From a virus, in the UHGV virus genome UHGV-0277504: a stretch of DNA of 64,000 nucleotides; one strand, 5' to 3'. The stretch's first letter is position 1, and each line of letters begins with the position of its first letter. Position numbers and translations under genes: made by a program. Shown here piece after piece: positions 1 through 9,913 of the stretch. The notes under the pieces are model-generated. The model saw only the letters and a list, made by a program, of their open reading frames with translations. It did not search any database and was not told the origin of the DNA.

Positions 1-2
1 AC

Positions 3-185
3 AGAGATAATATTCAAGTAGAAGTAGTAGATTTAAGTAAAAAGGAAGAAAGAAATGAATTTGAAAAAGTTTTATTCTCTCAAGATAATATCTATGATTT
101 AATTGATGTATACTATTTTAAGTACATTGAAGCGGAAGAAGAAAGAGAAAACACACTTGAAAAAATAGAAAAATATTTTGAATAA
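3..185 (+). CDS. hypothetical protein, 3' fragment (5' end outside window)
   Basis: Frame open from window edge to TAA at 183-185; followed by a hairpin and promoter. Confidence 0.35.
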   Translation, partial: RDNIQVEVVDLSKKEERNEFEKVLFSQDNIYDLIDVYYFKYIEAEEERENTLEKIEKYFE

Positions 186-192
186 TAATTAC

Positions 193-219
193 TAGACCTC
201 TTGACAGGAGGTCTTTTCT
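193..219 (+). terminator. putative intrinsic terminator hairpin (agacctc/gaggtct) followed by TTTCT
   Basis: Inverted repeat 194-200/208-214 with loop ttgacag, T-rich tail. Confidence 0.45.
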
Positions 220-229
220 ATGATATACT
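201..229 (+). promoter_or_regulatory. sigma-A-like promoter TTGACA-N17-TATACT
   Basis: TTGACA at 201-206 (in the loop of the upstream hairpin), 17-nt spacer, TATACT at 224-229; RBS AAGGAGG at 246-252. Confidence 0.5.
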
Positions 230-260
230 AATAGTATAATAAATAAGGAGGAGTTACATA

Positions 261-521
261 ATGATTGAACTTAATAAAGTTACAGGAGAAGAAAGTGTTA
301 ATGTAGGGGATTTAGTGCAAGACGATTATACAGGTGATATAGGTATTGTAATTAAACAAGACTTTAATAGTACTTCAAGTATTTATAATGTACTAATACT
401 AGATACAATAAATGAAGAACACAGTTTACTATACCTAGAACCTAAAACATTATATGATATATCAAAAGACTTTACTGTAATACAAAAGAAAAATAACTAT
501 AAACTTAATATAGAGTATTAA
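261..521 (+). CDS. hypothetical protein (tandem paralog A)
   Basis: ORF with AAGGAGG RBS; shares SIYNVL(I/L)LDT...YN(I/L)KIEY motifs with the adjacent ORF. Confidence 0.6.
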   Translation: MIELNKVTGEESVNVGDLVQDDYTGDIGIVIKQDFNSTSSIYNVLILDTINEEHSLLYLEPKTLYDISKDFTVIQKKNNYKLNIEY

Positions 522-538
522 TATAAGGAGGATAAATA

Positions 539-805
539 ATGATTGAAGTAGTAAAAAAGAAAAGTACTATACCATTACAAGATGGAGACTTATTATATGA
601 AAGTGATTTAGATATGTATGGCTTTATAATTAAAGAAGATACCAGTAATTATGAAAGCATATATAATGTACTGTTACTTGATACTAACTCAAAAAAGCCT
701 GAATTATATTTCTCTGAGCCTATAACACTAGAAGAAATAGAAGAGTTTGGATTTAATCTAGTAAGTAAAAAAGGTAACTATAATATTAAGATAGAATACA
801 GTTAA
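539..805 (+). CDS. hypothetical protein (tandem paralog B)
   Basis: ORF with AAGGAGG RBS; paralog of 261..521. Confidence 0.6.
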   Translation: MIEVVKKKSTIPLQDGDLLYESDLDMYGFIIKEDTSNYESIYNVLLLDTNSKKPELYFSEPITLEEIEEFGFNLVSKKGNYNIKIEYS

Positions 806-877
806 TACTACATGGACTATACATTAGAATAGTTTAACTATATATTAGAACAATTGAATAGTATATCAGAATAGTTG

Positions 878-914
878 AGTACCGCTTCAGTAATATAGAA
901 GCGGTACTTTTTTG
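878..914 (+). terminator. rho-independent terminator
   Basis: Perfect stem gtaccgcttc/gaagcggtac, loop agtaatata, followed by TTTTTT. Confidence 0.65.
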
Positions 915-1644
915 TTTATTATTAAGTTGTATACAATAGTAATTTAATGTTTAAGTATATTGTAGTAGTAATATAAATAAATTATAGTAAACAGGTAACG
1001 TCAAAACAGGTCAAGACAACGAATAGGACAGACAAAAAAATCCTAGGGTATTTCTGTTGGGTTGTTTCTTCTGTTATCCATTTTTACTGTATTTTCTTAC
1101 TCTTAGTATTCTATATCATATAAAAAACTTAGTGATGTTCTATTGTCAATTATAAAATTCTTAAGGTATTTATTTTATTTCTCTTTCCTTACTATTACTA
1201 ATTATATGTAATTGTAAGGTAGTTCTTATGTTACTTCTATTTTTTCTTATTCTTTATTAATATATATATATATAATAGACAAATCTTTTCTTATTTCCTT
1301 TTATTCTTACTCTTACATATTACTTTATTACTACCTCTATTACCTACTACCTATTATTTTTTTATTATTATATTACTTATTAATAAATCCTCTATATTGT
1401 TTATACACATATATAGAGGGCTTTACTTATGTTATTTTTTATTGTTATTATTAATTTTACTTATTATTTGATTTACGTACAATGACTTCTAATATATTAT
1501 ATTCTTCGTTATAGTTAACTCTCTGATAACTATTATCTTCTACACCTTCATTTGCAGTATCAAACCATTTTTCTTCTCCTGTATTATATATTAACCCAAT
1601 ACTAGTTAGGGAATATTCTTGGCGTTATCTTAACAGCTCCTTTT

Positions 1645-2037
1645 TTAACTATCTATAAAGTTATTCAATTTTATTTCTCTATCTATAGCTTCTATTCTTT
1701 CTTTTCTATCTCTTTCTTTCTCACGTTTTTCAATTCTTTTTTGAGTATCTAAATGTTCTTTTAGGCAATAATGTAAAAAATCCATTAACGTTTCACAATG
1801 TTTATATTTTTCATAATCAGTATTCATTTTATGACTAAGAACACCTGCATAATGACCATGTGTGATAAATGCAATAACCTCACCTTTATAGAGGACATTA
1901 ATCCCAGAGGGGAGTATGTCACCTAGCTGGCAATCTCGATATTTAATTTTAAATCCTTGTTCACGCATTGTTTCAGTTTGTATATTACCTAACTCTTTAA
2001 CCTTATCTACTAAAGCGTCAAACACTTTAAATTCCAT
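1645..2037 (-). CDS. hypothetical protein
   Basis: ORF in a minus-strand series with RBS. Confidence 0.5.
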   Translation of the reverse strand: MEFKVFDALVDKVKELGNIQTETMREQGFKIKYRDCQLGDILPSGINVLYKGEVIAFITHGHYAGVLSHKMNTDYEKYKHCETLMDFLHYCLKEHLDTQKRIEKREKERDRKERIEAIDREIKLNNFIDS

Positions 2038-2050
2038 TACTACCTCTCCT

Positions 2051-2494
2051 TTAGCTTAAATACATACCAATCTTAGGTTCTGATAGTTTATTTCTATATT
2101 CTAGGAAACTAATACTTATATGTTCTATATTATATTCATGATGTTTTACTTTAAAGAAAAGGTAAAAGGCATCTGCAATATCGTTATCGTAATTTGAAAA
2201 GAAATCTTCAATTTCAAAAGTTGCACCATCTATGTTTATAGACATAATAGTACTTATATCAGACTTGTTAAACAAATGTAATCTCTCTACTAATGCTTTA
2301 TACTTCTGAATTAAATGCTTATCATTAATAGTTGCACGAAGTCTATTAGTAAAACTATAGCTGTAATCATTATTTTTCAACGCTTCACGTATACTAAAAT
2401 CTAAATCTGACACAAATAGAGATAATAGTTCTCTTGTATGCTCTAATTCTTCCTTTTTGTTTTTATTTATTAATTCTTTAATATCAATAGTCAT
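2051..2494 (-). CDS. hypothetical protein
   Basis: ORF, tight spacing, RBS. Confidence 0.5.
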   Translation of the reverse strand: MTIDIKELINKNKKEELEHTRELLSLFVSDLDFSIREALKNNDYSYSFTNRLRATINDKHLIQKYKALVERLHLFNKSDISTIMSINIDGATFEIEDFFSNYDNDIADAFYLFFKVKHHEYNIEHISISFLEYRNKLSEPKIGMYLS

Positions 2495-2514
2495 TATCCA
2501 TTCTCCTTTACTTT

Positions 2515-2853
2515 TTATCTATTTGCCACTTTAATCAGTTCATCTATTAAATTGCTTACTTTTTTAATTTCTTCTAAACCAGAAAATTCAAGACAAATTC
2601 TTTCAAATTCTCTATGGTTTACGATAGGTTCTGCATTATTATAAACTACATCTCTACTATTCTCATATCCATTTTCAATGATAAGTGCTAAATAACCATC
2701 TTCAGTTTTTGCTGTTTTAAGTATATTCTTATTTTTTTCTATGATGATAGAAGAAGTCATTACATCATCATATTTAATTATTTTTTTATTATCTTCCTTT
2801 GTTTCATCTTCAGTTAAAGTATCGTAAATAACTTCTTTCCAAACATTAGTCAT
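2515..2853 (-). CDS. hypothetical protein
   Basis: ORF, tight spacing. Confidence 0.5.
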   Translation of the reverse strand: MTNVWKEVIYDTLTEDETKEDNKKIIKYDDVMTSSIIIEKNKNILKTAKTEDGYLALIIENGYENSRDVVYNNAEPIVNHREFERICLEFSGLEEIKKVSNLIDELIKVANR

Positions 2854-2871
2854 TATTCATTCTCCTTTATG

Positions 2872-3327
2872 TTACTTCCTTTTATTTTTTACATAATCCA
2901 TTTGTTTTTGGTATAACCCATCGTCTTTTTCTTTTTCCATTAATAAAGGTAATACAGTATTATAAGCATAATCATTTATTTTTCTTCTATTTTTAGATAA
3001 TTTAATTCTATTGCCTACACTATTACCATATTTTACTCTTAAATCATCGCACTTATCAGCTAGAAAAACGAATGGTAGAGCTATAATGTTGAAAATAGTA
3101 TAAATGCCTTCTAATATATACTCAGGAATTTTTAAAAAGAAAGCTTTAATACTATGAATACATCTTTCTCTCTTCCATTTTTTAATTAGCTTTTTTAAAT
3201 AAGGACTATGTTCTTTAGCAATTTCTAATTGTTCTTCGTTTAAGAAATCAGGATTACCATTAACGATATACTCTCCAAAAGCACTATAAACTTCATTTTT
3301 AATTCTTTTTACCATAATACTATTCAC
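2872..3327 (-). CDS. hypothetical protein
   Basis: ORF, tight spacing. Confidence 0.5.
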   Translation of the reverse strand: MNSIMVKRIKNEVYSAFGEYIVNGNPDFLNEEQLEIAKEHSPYLKKLIKKWKRERCIHSIKAFFLKIPEYILEGIYTIFNIIALPFVFLADKCDDLRVKYGNSVGNRIKLSKNRRKINDYAYNTVLPLLMEKEKDDGLYQKQMDYVKNKRK

Positions 3328-3330
3328 TCC

Positions 3331-3567
3331 TTAGTTTTTATCATCTCCAACAGTAGCAAACGCAATTCTTAAAGCTAATCTTTCCATAATATGTGATAGT
3401 GATTTATCTAGAAATTTGTCAAATTCATCTCTATATTCTTCTATTACATCTAAAACTTCTTCATCTTCTTTACTATCAAACTCAGTCATAATATCCCAAA
3501 TATTTATATCATACTTACTATTTTTTAATACTTGCATAACTTTATCATAATCAATTCTATTACTCAT
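3331..3567 (-). CDS. hypothetical protein (acidic)
   Basis: ORF, 3-nt gaps to neighbours. Confidence 0.45.
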   Translation of the reverse strand: MSNRIDYDKVMQVLKNSKYDINIWDIMTEFDSKEDEEVLDVIEEYRDEFDKFLDKSLSHIMERLALRIAFATVGDDKN

Positions 3568-3569
3568 AA

Positions 3570-3989
3570 CTACTTCTCCTCCTCTTCTTTTATATTAATA
3601 ATTAATTCGTCAAAACCATGTATATAGGTATATGATTGATAATTATTATTATCACCGTATCCCTCTTCATAAGGAACAGCTATTGTTTGTCTTGATTCGT
3701 CAGAATATACTAATGTAACATGAGTAATATCATCAAATTCAGTAAGTCTATTGAATATTACTTCCTCATTTTCAAAATTAAAAGGGTTATATCGTAATTT
3801 TGTCGATTTTTTTACAATAAAGTAAATATCTTGTGCACTTTTATACGTTTCTACTTCCTCGTCTTCATAATTTAAATGCTCAATACTATCAGAAATACCT
3901 TTAATATGAAGACCTCTAATATATTTTGATTGTATTTCCATACTATCGCAATTTTCAAATGTTAAAATAATACTTTTTAATTTACTCAT
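3570..3989 (-). CDS. hypothetical protein
   Basis: ORF with RBS. Confidence 0.5.
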   Translation of the reverse strand: MSKLKSIILTFENCDSMEIQSKYIRGLHIKGISDSIEHLNYEDEEVETYKSAQDIYFIVKKSTKLRYNPFNFENEEVIFNRLTEFDDITHVTLVYSDESRQTIAVPYEEGYGDNNNYQSYTYIHGFDELIINIKEEEEK

Positions 3990-4020
3990 ACTATATTCTC
4001 CTTAATTTTTTAAATATCAA

Positions 4021-4221
4021 CTAAATTATTTTATTAGCTTTCTCTAATGCTAACATTAGTTCAGTCATTACATCCCTTTTTTCAGAATTAGAAACGGGTA
4101 AATCAAGATACTCTTTAATAATTTTATGTGCCTGAACATAACTTAAGTCATCAATATTTTCTGATTTACTTACTACTTTATTTGCTTTATCATGTAAATT
4201 TTTAATTTGTTTATTATTCAT
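4021..4221 (-). CDS. hypothetical protein
   Basis: ORF with RBS. Confidence 0.45.
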   Translation of the reverse strand: MNNKQIKNLHDKANKVVSKSENIDDLSYVQAHKIIKEYLDLPVSNSEKRDVMTELMLALEKANKII

Positions 4222-4233
4222 AATTACCTCTCC

Positions 4234-4680
4234 TTAATTTATATTAACATATCTACGAACGAATTTCTTAATATTTACTTTTGTAGAATGTTTATACCAT
4301 TTCTTTAAATGAATGTCATAACCTTGAAGTATAAAGTACTTAATACCATTTCCTAAATGTATTTCTGTTTCAATAGCCTGGTCTTTAAACCTTGACTTTG
4401 CATAACCATTTTTAATACTAAATATTCTAGTCGTGTCTTGCCAACGTTTAGGAGTTTCTTCAAACATGTATTCTAAGATAGGATAACGGTTTTTATTATC
4501 AAAACTTAAAGTGTTTTTATATAAATATGCTTTCCTATTCTCAATTTCTATTGGAATAGTGTTTTGAGAAAACCAAGCACACTTATCATTATTCTCTTTT
4601 TTAATAACAAGAACACCATAATCTAAACTAGCCATTCTAATCACCTTTTCCTTTATATTAAGTATATTTATAATATACAC
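4234..4680 (-). CDS. hypothetical protein
   Basis: ORF with RBS. Confidence 0.5.
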   Translation of the reverse strand: MYIINILNIKEKVIRMASLDYGVLVIKKENNDKCAWFSQNTIPIEIENRKAYLYKNTLSFDNKNRYPILEYMFEETPKRWQDTTRIFSIKNGYAKSRFKDQAIETEIHLGNGIKYFILQGYDIHLKKWYKHSTKVNIKKFVRRYVNIN

Positions 4681-4866
4681 TATATTTATACAGTTGTCAA
4701 TAGTTATTTTTAAGTGTTTTTAGAGCTTTATAGCGTTGTTTTATTATTTAGGTACATTTATACCTAAAATTTATTAGATATTCTGTATGCTTCTTATATA
4801 AGCTTTGTGTAGGTATAAAAATAACCTTTACATATTAGTAAAGGTTATTTGTTATTTAAACATTAT

Positions 4867-5271
4867 TTATTTTACCAATTCTCCATCTTTCCAAATGAGT
4901 GTCATTGTGTCATCTTCATTAACTAAATATATACATTTAGTAACAATACGGTTAGAAGTGTACCCTAGAATATCATTAATACTTACAGATTTATGAATAT
5001 CCGGAAATTTTGATTTTGTGTAATCTAAATTTGTATATATTTCTAAGACAGAATCTAGTTTTGTGTTTTCTGTAATTTCTTCTTCAACTTCAACTGTGAA
5101 AGTTTCATCTTTATTAATTGGGTCATCTATAAATACTGTTTGAAAACGATTAAACCCCACACAACTATTATCAAGGTTGCTATAAAATGTTTTTTCTTTA
5201 ATATTGTTCTTCCAAACATATTCAATCAATTCTGGTAATGCCATTTCTATTTTTCTTTTAATTTTAACCAT
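4867..5271 (-). CDS. hypothetical protein (paralog of 5542..5958)
   Basis: MVKIK...EEEITE(N/G)TKL motif shared with 5542..5958. Confidence 0.55.
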   Translation of the reverse strand: MVKIKRKIEMALPELIEYVWKNNIKEKTFYSNLDNSCVGFNRFQTVFIDDPINKDETFTVEVEEEITENTKLDSVLEIYTNLDYTKSKFPDIHKSVSINDILGYTSNRIVTKCIYLVNEDDTMTLIWKDGELVK

Positions 5272-5282
5272 AATATCTCTCC

Positions 5283-5549
5283 TTAGTCTATAAAATCATA
5301 CATTTGTTTAAAAATATCTGGTTTAACCGCATAAAACTCACCTTGTACACCTTTCACAACATAGTCTCCTTCAGATACTCCTAGAGTTCCTTCTAATGTA
5401 TCAATACCGAAAAGAATATCAAAATTAACCTCATCATAAAAAGGATGAGCTTTACCATTAGTCCAGTCACAAATTTCTTGTTTGTTTTCATCTCCATTAT
5501 ACTGAATATATTCAACTTCTACTGGTTTCTTTTTTGCTTTTTTAATCAT
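5283..5549 (-). CDS. hypothetical protein
   Basis: ORF overlapping the upstream gene by 8 nt (translational coupling). Confidence 0.5.
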   Translation of the reverse strand: MIKKAKKKPVEVEYIQYNGDENKQEICDWTNGKAHPFYDEVNFDILFGIDTLEGTLGVSEGDYVVKGVQGEFYAVKPDIFKQMYDFID

Positions 5550-5958
5550 TGTTTATATCTCCTTTACTATCACATACATTCATGTAAATCAATGACATTG
5601 ACATATCTTCTTGTACTAAATACAAACATTTAGTCTTAAATTCATCTTGGTTATTTGTAAGAATTTCATTAATACTTCTATTACGGTGTATAGTAGAACA
5701 AACTTCTCCTGAATAAGTATTATAATATAATTCTAATATAACTTCTAACTTTGTTCCTTCAGTAATTTCTTCTTCAATCTCTACAGATATGTTACTATCT
5801 ATATTAAAGCAACCACTAACTGATATGTCTCCAAACATATCAAAACTAACTATATCTCCAAAATTATTTTTATAATCTTTTGAAGTTATATTATTTTCTT
5901 TTGCCCATTTAATTAGTTCATCTAAACTCATTGTAATTTCTTTTTTAATTTTAACCAC
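5542..5958 (-). CDS. hypothetical protein (paralog of 4867..5271)
   Basis: Sequence similarity to 4867..5271. Confidence 0.55.
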   Translation of the reverse strand: MVKIKKEITMSLDELIKWAKENNITSKDYKNNFGDIVSFDMFGDISVSGCFNIDSNISVEIEEEITEGTKLEVILELYYNTYSGEVCSTIHRNRSINEILTNNQDEFKTKCLYLVQEDMSMSLIYMNVCDSKGDINND

Positions 5959-5982
5959 GGGTTATACCTCCTATATTTTTTA

Positions 5983-6159
5983 TTACCAACTTACTCTTTC
6001 TAATCGTTTTTGATAATATGGTAACTCATCATAGAATTCTCTAGCTTCTGTCTTCCAATAAAATCTTTTACCGTGTGACTTACCTTCATCATCAATCCAA
6101 ATTACATTCCATTCACTCATACTAAATGTATCTGTTAATTCTTTAATAATACCAAACAT
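5983..6159 (-). CDS. small hypothetical protein (58 aa, below the ORF-track cutoff)
   Basis: ATG at 6157-6159 preceded by AAGAGGTG RBS; lies directly downstream of the promoter at 6200-6228. Confidence 0.35.
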   Translation of the reverse strand: MFGIIKELTDTFSMSEWNVIWIDDEGKSHGKRFYWKTEAREFYDELPYYQKRLERVSW

Positions 6160-6199
6160 TTTATTAACACCTCTTTATTAAGTTTTTGTTGTTAAGTTT

Positions 6200-6228
6200 A
6201 TTATAATATTAATATTGATAGATGTCAA
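6200..6228 (-). promoter_or_regulatory. sigma-A-like promoter TTGACA-N17-TATAAT (minus strand)
   Basis: Plus tgtcaa at 6223-6228 and attata at 6200-6205 give a perfect consensus on the minus strand. Confidence 0.55.
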
Positions 6229-6274
6229 CACTTTCTATAAATTTCTTTAAATTTTTGAAAAAATAAGAGTTATT

Positions 6275-6478
6275 TTAATCCTTCTTTTTAAACTTTAAAG
6301 TCACTACATCTCTAAAATGATTATTTCTTGTATGCGTTTCTGAAAGTTTATAATTAGTTATCATTTCAATAACTTCATAATCTACTAGGTTCAGACGAGA
6401 TATATGAATATTAGTTTCATCTTTTCCGTCAAATAATCTTTTTAATATTTTTATTGTTGGTTGCTCAAAGTTTTTCAC
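6275..6478 (-). CDS. hypothetical protein
   Basis: ORF. Confidence 0.45.
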   Translation of the reverse strand: MKNFEQPTIKILKRLFDGKDETNIHISRLNLVDYEVIEMITNYKLSETHTRNNHFRDVVTLKFKKKD

Positions 6479-6531
6479 CTTTTAAAACCTCTTTCTTTTG
6501 ATAATTGATTTAAAATTCTATTTATAGTTTA

Positions 6532-6930
6532 TTAATGTTTCACCACTGGATAATGAATATCTTTTATTTTTAACGAGCATATACTGTAATAAAAATCACC
6601 ATTACCTGCATCTGCATAACATTCACCTTGTGCTATAGGGTTTTGGTTATGATATAAAACAACAGTAGCCAGACTTTCTGATTCAACACTCCATGTATCA
6701 AACTTTTGTTGTTCTCTCTCATTCTCTATTTTCACATTTGTAATAACTGCATCTAGTTTTACATTAGTCCATTCTCCACCAGCACTTGCACAACAATCTT
6801 GTTCACTTTCCACTATTTCTACAAGAGTGCCATCATCTAAAGTCAATGTTTTATCAGTCCATTCCTTGACTTTTTTATATAACAATTGTTTTTTTATTTC
6901 CTTAAATTCTTTATAATTAATTTTATACAT
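6532..6930 (-). CDS. hypothetical protein
   Basis: ORF. Confidence 0.5.
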   Translation of the reverse strand: MYKINYKEFKEIKKQLLYKKVKEWTDKTLTLDDGTLVEIVESEQDCCASAGGEWTNVKLDAVITNVKIENEREQQKFDTWSVESESLATVVLYHNQNPIAQGECYADAGNGDFYYSICSLKIKDIHYPVVKH

Positions 6931-6958
6931 CTATATTCACTCCATACTTAGTATTTAT

Positions 6959-7312
6959 TTAGTGTTCTTCTATTTTTTCACTCATTGATTGAATAATGTG
7001 TAATACCGTAGTTGCTAAATCGTTTTTTACATCATCACCAGTATAAACATTAGCTAGTGTGTCGCAAAGCGGACATGTACCATAAAAATCCGATGTCGTT
7101 ATATCCGGAACACCATCTACTTTAGATTTGAAAGTACAAAATATTTGTCCTTGATAATCTCCTAAATATCTAACAATAGGTGTAGTATTATGTGTATCTT
7201 TTAAAACCAGTTCTCCTGCTAATTGATGTAAATCTTCATAATAATAATGATTATTAGTATCTATGTGCTTTTTAATTTCTTTTGTAGTGATTCCTTTAGC
7301 ATTTTCAATCAT
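6959..7312 (-). CDS. hypothetical protein
   Basis: ORF. Confidence 0.5.
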   Translation of the reverse strand: MIENAKGITTKEIKKHIDTNNHYYYEDLHQLAGELVLKDTHNTTPIVRYLGDYQGQIFCTFKSKVDGVPDITTSDFYGTCPLCDTLANVYTGDDVKNDLATTVLHIIQSMSEKIEEH

Positions 7313-7315
7313 TTA

Positions 7316-7534
7316 TTATTCCTCCATGTTTTTTATAATATTAATTATATCTAAGTACATATTAATATATTTATCCATTAATTTTAATTGTTTTTGGTAT
7401 AAATCTGTATCTATAGTTGAATCTATACTACAACATTGAGCTATAAAATCTTCTTTATAATTAACAATATTGGAAAGTTCCTTAAGTAATACTTCTATCG
7501 GTTCTCTTACATACGTTAATTTACTTTCGACCAT
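7316..7534 (-). CDS. hypothetical protein
   Basis: ORF. Confidence 0.45.
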   Translation of the reverse strand: MVESKLTYVREPIEVLLKELSNIVNYKEDFIAQCCSIDSTIDTDLYQKQLKLMDKYINMYLDIINIIKNMEE

Positions 7535-7554
7535 AATTGTGTTACTAACACTCC

Positions 7555-7848
7555 TTATTCAACTTCAAATCCATTTTTAACTAGTTCTTTTCTGAAATAC
7601 TTAACTGCTTCTACTGCTTCATTATAAGTATTTATATGTTCTTCCATTTCTTCTAATGCAAGAACACAAGGACTACTTGTTCCAATTTTGAAATATGTTT
7701 CTACATCCATATCACTTTTACCATAACCGTGAATATCTGTATGAGGTTTTGTTCTATCAATAGGTGTTACTTTAAGGATTCTAATATACTCACTCCCTAA
7801 TACTGTTAATTTATAGTTACCAAATTCCGTTTCAAATTGTTTTTCCAT
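7555..7848 (-). CDS. hypothetical protein
   Basis: ORF with RBS; TTGACA-like -35 upstream at about 7893. Confidence 0.5.
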   Translation of the reverse strand: MEKQFETEFGNYKLTVLGSEYIRILKVTPIDRTKPHTDIHGYGKSDMDVETYFKIGTSSPCVLALEEMEEHINTYNEAVEAVKYFRKELVKNGFEVE

Positions 7849-7936
7849 AATATCAATCTCCTTTTTACTTGTTAAATCAATCTTAACATATAAAAATTAT
7901 AATGTCAACAGCTAAATAAAAAAAGGAGTAGTTTTT

Positions 7937-8437
7937 CTACTTCTTTATTATACTAATATCTAAAAAATCATTATCTCTTATTTTATGGTTTTTAATATTA
8001 ATATTTTTATTATTTTCAAGACTAATTTTATCTCCTGATTCTATGTTTTTACTGTGTCTAGAATTAATAACATACAATTCATTTTTTGCATCTTTAAAGT
8101 ATATTTTTTGCTCTATTGCATCTCTATCATCTACTTTTGGTTCAAAGTTTTCTACTTCTGTTACTTTAGTATAACCTTTTGTTTCATAAATTTTATCTTT
8201 TACAAGTAAATAATTCATTGTTAAACCAAAGATAATAACACCAAATACTAATGGAGGTACAACTATAGAATGAAGTATAAAAGATGAAGATAATTTTATT
8301 TTTTCTACACTTAAAAAGAATATTGAAAAAACAATAATAGCAAATATAGATATAGTAATACCTTCTATAATAAGGTCAGTATTAAAGTTTTCTTTTAAAA
8401 ACTCAAAATAACCTATATCTACTTTATTTATATCCAT
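7937..8437 (-). CDS. hypothetical membrane protein (two TM segments)
   Basis: Hydrophobic stretches IIEGITISIFAIIVFSIFFL and VVPPLVFGVIIFGL. Confidence 0.5.
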   Translation of the reverse strand: MDINKVDIGYFEFLKENFNTDLIIEGITISIFAIIVFSIFFLSVEKIKLSSSFILHSIVVPPLVFGVIIFGLTMNYLLVKDKIYETKGYTKVTEVENFEPKVDDRDAIEQKIYFKDAKNELYVINSRHSKNIESGDKISLENNKNINIKNHKIRDNDFLDISIIKK

Positions 8438-8438
8438 A

Positions 8439-8696
8439 TTAAATCCTCCTTATACTTTTTAGTAACTCATTATACTCATAAGCATTCCCTTTAACTTTTG
8501 AATGTTCTAATAACGATACAATAGAATTTGAACTAGACTCACTTTCAAAGTCTTCTGTTGAAACATCTGTATGCTTAATTCTAAAATCAGATAAGTAGAT
8601 ACGCTCTTTTCCACCTACTAAATCAACATTAACTACAGCACAATAATCAATGAATTCTTTGTTTATTGTATTCCAAACTATATATTTAAAAGTCAT
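8439..8696 (-). CDS. hypothetical protein
   Basis: ORF. Confidence 0.45.
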   Translation of the reverse strand: MTFKYIVWNTINKEFIDYCAVVNVDLVGGKERIYLSDFRIKHTDVSTEDFESESSSNSIVSLLEHSKVKGNAYEYNELLKSIRRI

Positions 8697-8721
8697 TTAT
8701 ATTTAACTCCTTTTTTAATTA

Positions 8722-8922
8722 CTACTGATTAGGTAAACCAGCTTCTAGACATTCATTGTATGCTCTTTCGTTATCAATTTCTGTTCTATAATAATCAATA
8801 ATTTGTCCTATTTCAAGATGTGTCATTCTATTAATTTCACTCGCTTTATATATTTCCTCATTTCTTAAACCATATTCTTTTTGTAATCCTTGTACATACT
8901 TAATTTGTTTCTTTGTAGCCAT
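8722..8922 (-). CDS. hypothetical protein
   Basis: ORF. Confidence 0.45.
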   Translation of the reverse strand: MATKKQIKYVQGLQKEYGLRNEEIYKASEINRMTHLEIGQIIDYYRTEIDNERAYNECLEAGLPNQ

Positions 8923-8937
8923 TATAAACTAACTCCT

Positions 8938-9483
8938 TTACAAATTTAATTTTTTCATAAGTTTTTCAAAATCATTTAAACCATCTAATTCATCCATATT
9001 CTTAATATCTTGTTTTAAAATACTTAATGTTCGTTCTATTGGTTGAGCTACATAACTAAAATCTTCAACTTCTTTTAACTTCTCATAACCATATTTATAA
9101 GCACTTATTTTTTCTTCTTTGTATTTAAACCATATATCTTTATACCTATTATTTTCTTCCTTATCGATATCCTTTTTATATACTAGTTCTTTAATGATTT
9201 GTGTATAATCTAAAACTGAATCATCACTTGAAAAACTAGTTAAAGAATCATTGTTAATTTCATCAACATCTATGTTTTTTGTTATTTTTGACCAATCTTC
9301 CTTACTCAATGTTGTTGTATATTCTCTGCTTTTATCTCCCATAGAATTAGGTGGTTCTACAATATGAGCAAATCGACAATCTTTATTCATACATACCAAA
9401 TACGTTACACTTGTTGTTACACTTTCTACTTTATTACGCCCGCAATTAGGACAGTAATTATAATATCTTACCATTTTCATCAT
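8938..9483 (-). CDS. hypothetical protein with N-terminal zinc ribbon (CPNCG...CMNKDC)
   Basis: CxxC...CxxxC pairs in the first 40 residues. Confidence 0.5.
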   Translation of the reverse strand: MMKMVRYYNYCPNCGRNKVESVTTSVTYLVCMNKDCRFAHIVEPPNSMGDKSREYTTTLSKEDWSKITKNIDVDEINNDSLTSFSSDDSVLDYTQIIKELVYKKDIDKEENNRYKDIWFKYKEEKISAYKYGYEKLKEVEDFSYVAQPIERTLSILKQDIKNMDELDGLNDFEKLMKKLNL

Positions 9484-9890
9484 TCCTTTATTGTTTTAAT
9501 TATTATTACTATAACAGCTATTACAATAATTGTCAAGATAATGTATAGAAATAATATTGGATGAATAATACATAAAGATAATATTGAAAATGCACAACCA
9601 CATAATACATCATACAACAATAATTTATACCATTTAACTTTTTCTTCCTCATTAAAATAACCAAGAAAAACAATAGGTATACCAAAGACAGAAAAAAACC
9701 AAACCATAGCTGGTATGGTTAAAAAATATGATTGAATATTGAAATGATTTAATAGTAAACTAGGGAGTATTGCAATAAAGGATATTACACCAATTGTAAT
9801 GGCAAGTATAATCAAAACTAATAATACTAATATTAAAGGTAATAGTAAGTATTCCCACAAATTTTTAAATAATCTTTTAATAAAATTCAT
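9480..9890 (-). CDS. hypothetical polytopic membrane protein
   Basis: Four hydrophobic segments. Confidence 0.5.
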   Translation of the reverse strand: MNFIKRLFKNLWEYLLLPLILVLLVLIILAITIGVISFIAILPSLLLNHFNIQSYFLTIPAMVWFFSVFGIPIVFLGYFNEEEKVKWYKLLLYDVLCGCAFSILSLCIIHPILFLYIILTIIVIAVIVIIIKTIKE

Positions 9891-9913
9891 ATTTTCCTCC
9901 TATAATGTGTATC

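Noticed and set aside
1255-1280. (TA)7 microsatellite and surrounding direct repeats, considered as a possible CRISPR array or tRNA cluster.
   Set aside because: Units are 2-10 nt and irregular, with no repeat-spacer architecture and no cloverleaf-forming GC-rich segments. Kept only as part of the non-coding-region finding.
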